Positions 58,744 to 64,000 of a stretch of 64,000 nucleotides of DNA are shown here, in pieces. The DNA comes from a virus: positions 3,382-67,381 of IMG/VR virus record IMGVR_UViG_3300031885_000008; one strand, given 5' to 3'. A program made the position numbers and the translations under genes. The notes under the pieces are model-generated. The model was not told the DNA's origin. It ran no database searches and was given only the letters and a program-made list of their open reading frames with translations. The first letter of the stretch is position 1. Each line of letters opens with the position of its first letter.

Positions 58744-58974
58744 TCAACCTTTCCCCGCCACGAGTTGAAGCTGCCCCTCGTCGTCAAGTTTAGCGACGTA
58801 CACAAGATGCTTGAGCGGCACAACCCCCCCAAATCTCCAGAGTTGGATAACGGACTCTGGATGGACACGGGACGTGTCGTGGAACACTGGATTATCATGA
58901 TCGATATGAAAGTCACAGTCCTCATCCGGCGTTCCTTCACACATTACTTTCCCATCGAGAGTTACAATATACAT
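58744..58974 (-). CDS. Hypothetical protein
   Basis: AAGGAG RBS. Confidence 0.55.
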   Translation of the reverse strand: MYIVTLDGKVMCEGTPDEDCDFHIDHDNPVFHDTSRVHPESVIQLWRFGGVVPLKHLVYVAKLDDEGQLQLVAGKG

Positions 58975-59028
58975 TCAATCTCCTTTATCGGTACGCTTTT
59001 CTTTTTTGACTGGCACTTCTTGACTTCC

Positions 59029-59313
59029 TCACCACGAATTCACGAAACGAATAACCGTTATATTCTCTGGGAGTTTCTCCAGAATAACCTCAATCCCATC
59101 TTCTGCTCCGTTGCCATCGTGATACCCTCGTCTACATTCTGGAGGGATCTCTATCAAGGTTCCGGCTTCAGATGGCGCTCTCCAATCAAAAAACTTTCTG
59201 ATGTCCTCTGGCACGGGTAGATCGGCCGCAACATAAGCATCGTAAATTGCCTTCACCTTCACCCATCTCTCGTCCGGAGGATGAAATCCGTATACGTGCG
59301 TTGACATACTCAT
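59029..59313 (-). CDS. Hypothetical protein
   Basis: GAGGAG RBS; ends IRFVNSW. Confidence 0.65.
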   Translation of the reverse strand: MSMSTHVYGFHPPDERWVKVKAIYDAYVAADLPVPEDIRKFFDWRAPSEAGTLIEIPPECRRGYHDGNGAEDGIEVILEKLPENITVIRFVNSW

Positions 59314-59708
59314 TGTGATCTCCTCTCAGAATGTGCTGCGCGCCACTCAGCAACGTTGACTTCGATAGCGGCTACCTTTTCGCAAACAAAAACCTCGTAC
59401 TCATTTACGACAGTACGAACGAATTCCCGAGCAGCCGCAACGCCAGACGGTTGACGATCCGTCCCCTCGTCAAAATTCCCGTAATCGTCGTCTAGTTTCT
59501 CAAGAATACAGTCCAACATGTCGTTTGCAAGAGCCTCGCGGTAGGTATCCGAAATTTCCTCCTTTGGAACAAAACCGTAAATCGTGATCTTCTCTGCGAA
59601 AGCGGGATGCCGCAAATCCACGACCTCCTGAATCGCATCATCCAGAGTTCTGTGAAAGTATTTCTCGGCCTTCTCGTCGTACGTATAGAATTGTGGTTCT
59701 CGTTGCAT
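59310..59708 (-). CDS. Acidic hypothetical protein
   Basis: Start MQREPQF right after thyX stop. Confidence 0.65.
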   Translation of the reverse strand: MQREPQFYTYDEKAEKYFHRTLDDAIQEVVDLRHPAFAEKITIYGFVPKEEISDTYREALANDMLDCILEKLDDDYGNFDEGTDRQPSGVAAAREFVRTVVNEYEVFVCEKVAAIEVNVAEWRAAHSERRSQ

Positions 59709-59709
59709 A

Positions 59710-60411
59710 TTATCCACACAGCCCCTCGAGTAGATTGTCCGTCGCCTCGGCGAGCATGGAGCGTACCTTGCCAAAGATGAACTGCATCTCGGGCGCCGCC
59801 GCCTTGCCCGTACGCAGGTGGATCATATGAGTCCACTGGCGAATGTTGGTGGTGTGGACGAGCGACGTGGCAAGCGCATGGGGCAGCACATAGCGAGCCT
59901 GCTCCCGCTTACTGCCAGCAGCCCGCAGGTCATGGTAGGCGCGTACAGAGGAAAAGCAGGTGAAAGCCCAGGAAGGAAAGCCATCTGGGAATTGCTCGCC
60001 CCTCACGTCGAACACCTTTGTCTCGTCCATGGTGGGCGAGACGAGGTGGAGCGTTCTATCCTGCTCGATAAAACGCGTGCTCGACTGCGTCGGCGACCCA
60101 ATTCGATGCCGCACGAACTCGTGCGAGGCTACCCTCGACATCAAAAACGCAAAGGTCACGTTGGCGTGCTCGATGACCGTCGCATGCGGCGGCCGCGCAG
60201 CAAGTCGCCGCCTCAGGAATTCCAACGTCTCCACATGACCCTCACCCCTCCCCGACAGCAGCCTATCAATCTCGGGCTGCTCCCACAGCAGGTGATGGGA
60301 CCGACGGCCAGCAAACTCACAAATCGCCAACTGCCGATGGATTTCTCGTAGCGGCGTCAGGCACACGACGAGCGGCTGGTGAATTACAACCTTCTCTACA
60401 ATATCAGTCAT
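59710..60411 (-). CDS. thyX: FAD-dependent thymidylate synthase
   Basis: HATVIEH...SRVASHEFVRHRIGSPTQSSTRF (RHR-x7-S)...EQARYVLP. Confidence 0.93.
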   Translation of the reverse strand: MTDIVEKVVIHQPLVVCLTPLREIHRQLAICEFAGRRSHHLLWEQPEIDRLLSGRGEGHVETLEFLRRRLAARPPHATVIEHANVTFAFLMSRVASHEFVRHRIGSPTQSSTRFIEQDRTLHLVSPTMDETKVFDVRGEQFPDGFPSWAFTCFSSVRAYHDLRAAGSKREQARYVLPHALATSLVHTTNIRQWTHMIHLRTGKAAAPEMQFIFGKVRSMLAEATDNLLEGLCG

Positions 60412-60754
60412 TGTGCTCGTATTCCTCTTCCCAGATGTATTCCTCCGGGGGCCTCCTCGTGAAAATTCCCTGCTCGACCAGCTTCGGTCCTATGCACCGC
60501 CATACCCCACGCCAGCAACCCAAATCCGGGTCGTGGTCTGGATTGTTGTGCAAATGGCAGGGGGTCTCCTCAAAAAACTCCTCGTCGTGAATTGTGCAGC
60601 TCGCCTGCCCCTCCTCCAAAAGAAGGTAGGGGCATAGCACATCGTTCGGCTTGTACACGTAATCCATCGTGCCGTCCGAAAGAACTCGAGGTATGACGAC
60701 CGACAGATAAACGCAGCAGTACCCACACCGTCGACATCCAAACACCTCAGGCAT
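60404..60754 (-). CDS. YkgJ-like CxxCxxCC cysteine-cluster protein
   Basis: CRRCGYCC...CPYL...CTIH...PC. Confidence 0.75.
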   Translation of the reverse strand: MPEVFGCRRCGYCCVYLSVVIPRVLSDGTMDYVYKPNDVLCPYLLLEEGQASCTIHDEEFFEETPCHLHNNPDHDPDLGCWRGVWRCIGPKLVEQGIFTRRPPEEYIWEEEYEHND

Positions 60755-60767
60755 CAATCCCTGCTCT

Positions 60768-62018
60768 CTAATTTGTGCGCAAACGTGCGCACGGTTTAGT
60801 TCCCACTTCAGCGATCTCGCTTGCTCGACTGGCAGGGGCCAACCGAGTAGAGGCGTGATCATCCATGGGCGTTCGGGCCTGCCGGCCCCAGTTCCCCAGA
60901 AGCCCTGGGTACTGTTCCAAGTTCACTGCGGCGTTCAGATCGCGATCTTCACTCGCTTCACACGCCGCGCACCGATACACTCTGTCGGCAAGGCCAAGGC
61001 GGCCGTCACCCGTCTTGACGTTGCCGCACCGTGAACACCGCTGTGTGCTCGGGAAGAGGCGATCAGCGACAACGACCTGCCCGCCAAGCGCCTTCGCCTT
61101 GTACAGCATCAACGGATTGAACATGCCTAGACTGACATCCGATGCCGCTCTCGCCAGCTTCCTGTTGCGCAACATGAAGGCCATGCTCAAGTCCTCGATC
61201 ACCACCGTTTGGTTCTCGCGGCAGAGATCGGTCGTGACTTGATGCCAAAAGTTCTTGCGCACGTTCGCGATTCGCTGATGCAGGCGAGCAAGACGAGCAC
61301 GAGCCTTCGCCCGGTTCTTGCCGCCCTTCTCACGCCGGGACACCACACGGGCCGCTCGCTTGAGCCGCTGCAAGCAACGCTTCAACGGTTTGGGCGCGTC
61401 GATTGCCTCGCCGTGGGAGGTGACGACGGCCGTCTTGAGCCCGAGGTCGACGCCGACGATCGCGTGCGGGTGCGTGTGTTGCACGGGTTCGACCGCGACC
61501 TCGACGTTGACTGCAATGAACCAGTGATCGGCTTGGCGATACACATGGCCAGACATGATCTTACCCTGGAAGCGAAGATGCTCGAACGTCTTCACGTCGC
61601 CGATGACCGGCAGACGAACGACACCACGCTTGCCTCTGCGACGAAGCGAGAACTTGTCGTTCGACACGTAGAACGCATCGTGCTGGCCCCGCCTGCGGAA
61701 CTGCGGGTAGCCTAGCTTCTTGCCCTTACGCTTCCCGCTGCACGATACAAAGAAGTTGCTGAACGCGCTGTTCAAGTCTGCGAACGCTTGACTATTCGCG
61801 TCACGGGGGCTCTCGTAGACCCAAGGGAACCGCTCGCCCTTCACGGCGTTGAACTGCTTCTTGAGCTTGGCCGCGGACGGCTTCTCACCAGCACGGTACT
61901 GTCTGGTCCACTCCGCGAGCGCCCAGTTGTACGTAAACCGCGAGACGCCAGCAGCGCGTGCAAGAGCGTTCGCCTGCTTGACCGTTGGGTCCAAGCGTAT
62001 GACGTGTCCGCGAATCAT
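60768..62018 (-). CDS. tnpB: RNA-guided endonuclease TnpB (IS607 type)
   Basis: HVIRLDPT...RFTYNWAL; GVDLG / IEDL / DRDLNAAVNL; CSRC...CAAC. Confidence 0.95.
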   Translation of the reverse strand: MIRGHVIRLDPTVKQANALARAAGVSRFTYNWALAEWTRQYRAGEKPSAAKLKKQFNAVKGERFPWVYESPRDANSQAFADLNSAFSNFFVSCSGKRKGKKLGYPQFRRRGQHDAFYVSNDKFSLRRRGKRGVVRLPVIGDVKTFEHLRFQGKIMSGHVYRQADHWFIAVNVEVAVEPVQHTHPHAIVGVDLGLKTAVVTSHGEAIDAPKPLKRCLQRLKRAARVVSRREKGGKNRAKARARLARLHQRIANVRKNFWHQVTTDLCRENQTVVIEDLSMAFMLRNRKLARAASDVSLGMFNPLMLYKAKALGGQVVVADRLFPSTQRCSRCGNVKTGDGRLGLADRVYRCAACEASEDRDLNAAVNLEQYPGLLGNWGRQARTPMDDHASTRLAPASRASEIAEVGTKPCARLRTN

Positions 62019-62116
62019 GAGGCCAGTGCCGCCTTGAGCGTCTTGCGGTAGTTACGCAATCCGTAGAGCCTCGACGAGAAGCAGTGGACGATGGTCATCA
62101 GGTCTTCGACCATCTC
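62015..62116 (-). pseudogene. tnpA: C-terminal remnant of IS607 serine-recombinase TnpA
   Basis: EMVEDLMTIVHCFSSRLYGLRNYRKTLKAALAS*; in-frame TGA directly upstream. Confidence 0.85.
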
Positions 62117-62176
62117 TCACTCTAAACTCAACTTCTCCACATCCGATCCGATCCCTCCACACTTCTCCATCCCTCC

Positions 62177-63001
62177 TCAGTACATCGAAACGTCGCTTGT
62201 GCCTTTCGTAGCACTCATCGTAAGGAATTTACGTACACCACCATTATTGAATCGTTTCGCAAAATACAACGACAGCCCATTCCGTCTTCCAAATTCGAGT
62301 GCCTTGAAATACAGCCGCCCCCTCACCCCCTCAATCGCCAGCATCCCAGCCCCACCAAACAAAGCGTCCGCCTCCATCACTCGCACCCACGTCGGTGCAC
62401 GTTCGTCCGCCAACCACCCCACAACCTCACCCAACACACGCACGGCCATGTCATGCTCTAAATCCGCCACCAAGCACTGCGTCTCCGTCGACTGGCTTTT
62501 GTCTAAATAATCCCATTTGGAATTATCTATTTCCCCACGTGCTTTCAAATATCTCACCTCCTCCGCATAATCGTGAGATACGCTCTTGTCTGCCCGCCCC
62601 CTAAATATCCCAGCCAACGCGTTCAACATCCACAGAGGCCCAAACCATATCGGCTTCGCCCGACCGTGCGCCGTCACCCCGCCCCAATCTCGATGTACCC
62701 CAGCCCCAGCATCCCGCATATATTCAAGTATCCTCACCTCCGACGAAGCATAGGAAAATGCCTCCTCGTGGAACGCAACGTTCCCCAACTTCCTCTCCCG
62801 ATTCCGTACCGTCATCGCGTAACATTGCTCGGATCCTAAATGCCACCCAACCATCGGGTAACGCACGCCACACCGTATGCACTGCTCCGCTCGGGAAGTT
62901 ATTACCCCCTCCCCTAACACACATACGCTGTACGCCAACGCAGCCGCATACCGCTCCTCATCCGTTATCGGTGGATCAAACTTCAACTCCAATTTGTCCA
63001 T
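62177..63001 (-). CDS. Hypothetical protein, tandem copy 1
   Basis: Start MDKLELKFDPP; paralogous to 63001..63813. Confidence 0.7.
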   Translation of the reverse strand: MDKLELKFDPPITDEERYAAALAYSVCVLGEGVITSRAEQCIRCGVRYPMVGWHLGSEQCYAMTVRNRERKLGNVAFHEEAFSYASSEVRILEYMRDAGAGVHRDWGGVTAHGRAKPIWFGPLWMLNALAGIFRGRADKSVSHDYAEEVRYLKARGEIDNSKWDYLDKSQSTETQCLVADLEHDMAVRVLGEVVGWLADERAPTWVRVMEADALFGGAGMLAIEGVRGRLYFKALEFGRRNGLSLYFAKRFNNGGVRKFLTMSATKGTSDVSMY

Positions 63002-63813
63002 CACCCACGCCCCAACAAAATGTCGCCCGTACCAGTCGATGTGGCGCACATCGTCAGATATTGTTGTAGTAACTTGTTGAATCGTTTTGTAAAATACAAA
63101 GACAACCCATTCGCCCGCCCAAATTCAAGTGCCCTGAAATACAACTTCCCCCGAATCCCAGAAATCGCCAGCCCCTCAAAACCAGCAACCCCACCATATA
63201 CCAAACTCTCCCCCATCACCTTCACCGACGTCGGTGAACCATCCTTAGCCAACCAACCAACTACCTCCCCCAATACCCGTACCGCCATGTCATAATCCAA
63301 ATCCGCGACCAAACTCCGCATCAACGTCGAATGAGTCCGGTCCAAAGGCTCCCAATTGGTATTGTCTATCCCCATCCTCGCTTTCAAATATTCCACCTCC
63401 TCGTGAAAATCATGACCACCACTCCTCAATATCCCGTCCACCGCCCCCACCCTGCCCCAAACCATATCAGCTTCGCCTCCCCCCTCGGTGTCTCCCCTCC
63501 CCATTCCTCATGTGCCTCCATCCCTACCCTACGAAAATATTCAAGTACCCTCCCCCCAGGAAATGATGTCTCGTCCAATGCACGATTCCCCATCGCCTTC
63601 TCACGATTTCGTACCGTTCGTGCATAACATCTCTCGGATCCTAAATGATTACGGGTTATTGAATAATTTGCCCCCACATGGCCCCATCCTTGCCCCTACC
63701 CCACCATTCCCTCCACGATCACCTAACGCCCATATACTGTACGCCCTCGCCGCTTCCTCCACCTCACCCTCCCCTATCGGTGGCTCAAATACCATCTCTA
63801 ACTTCTTCTCCAT
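63001..63813 (-). pseudogene. Tandem copy 2, split over three frames (pseudogene or sequencing error)
   Basis: MEKKLEMVFEPP / HLGSERCYARTVRNREK / DMAVRVLGEVVGWLA...GLSLYFTKRFN match copy 1 in order. Confidence 0.65.
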
Positions 63814-64000
63814 CCCCTTCCTATTACGCCCTACCTCGCAAAATCTCAAAAATCTCCCCACCCCAAAAATCCTATACAAAATATTTTCCAAAATGTACCC
63901 CCCCACCCCCAACAAACATACCCCCCACCCCTCCCCACCCCAAACCAATACCCCCACCCCATCCCTTTACTTACCTTTACCTTTTCATACCAAATGAAGA

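Larger units (their letters stand above)
60760..62176 (-). mobile_element. Internally deleted IS607-family element
   Basis: tnpA remnant overlapping tnpB start; right-end hairpin GTGCGCA-CGTT-TGCGCAC; left flank with GGAGAAGT and GGAGGGAT direct repeats; boundaries approximate. Confidence 0.75.
1..64000. other. Contractile-tailed dsDNA phage/prophage segment (packaging, head, tail, baseplate, lysis, part of early region)
   Basis: Co-oriented terL-portal-protease-scaffold-MCP-neck-sheath-tube-TMP-baseplate-fibre-lysis order; no host housekeeping genes. Confidence 0.97.

Noticed and set aside
1-64000. CRISPR array, tRNA/rRNA genes, integrase, reverse transcriptase/DGR
   Set aside because: No repeat-spacer array, cloverleaf or matching protein motifs seen by eye; a tRNA could have been missed

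Overview
This is 64 kb of a contractile-tailed (myovirus-type) dsDNA phage or prophage, almost all encoded on the minus strand. Read right to left it carries: early/nucleotide-metabolism genes (thyX, dCMP deaminase, MT-A70 methyltransferase, HTH proteins); terL with a mini-intein; a PBSX-type portal; a 1345-aa multidomain protein in the prohead-protease slot; scaffold, major capsid, decoration and neck genes; sheath, tube, a chaperone with a likely -1 frameshift, tape measure, baseplate and fibres; and a probable endolysin/holin pair. It is heavily colonised by selfish elements: three IS605/IS1341-type tnpB elements, one deleted IS607 element, two HNH genes and an intein. The best candidate for a new system is the 1345-aa protein. 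It joins ASCH-like, DenV-like, pol-beta nucleotidyltransferase, two LigD phosphoesterase-like and ATP-dependent ligase domains to an XkdF-type protease. Each domain junction has a [VIL]-x-K-[ASQ] motif that also occurs in the scaffold and at the capsid N-terminus, suggesting a self-processing DNA end-repair kit packaged into the head. A structured antisense RNA with its own promoter, between terL and the portal, is the second candidate. All assignments come from reading motifs and gene order by eye; no searches were run.
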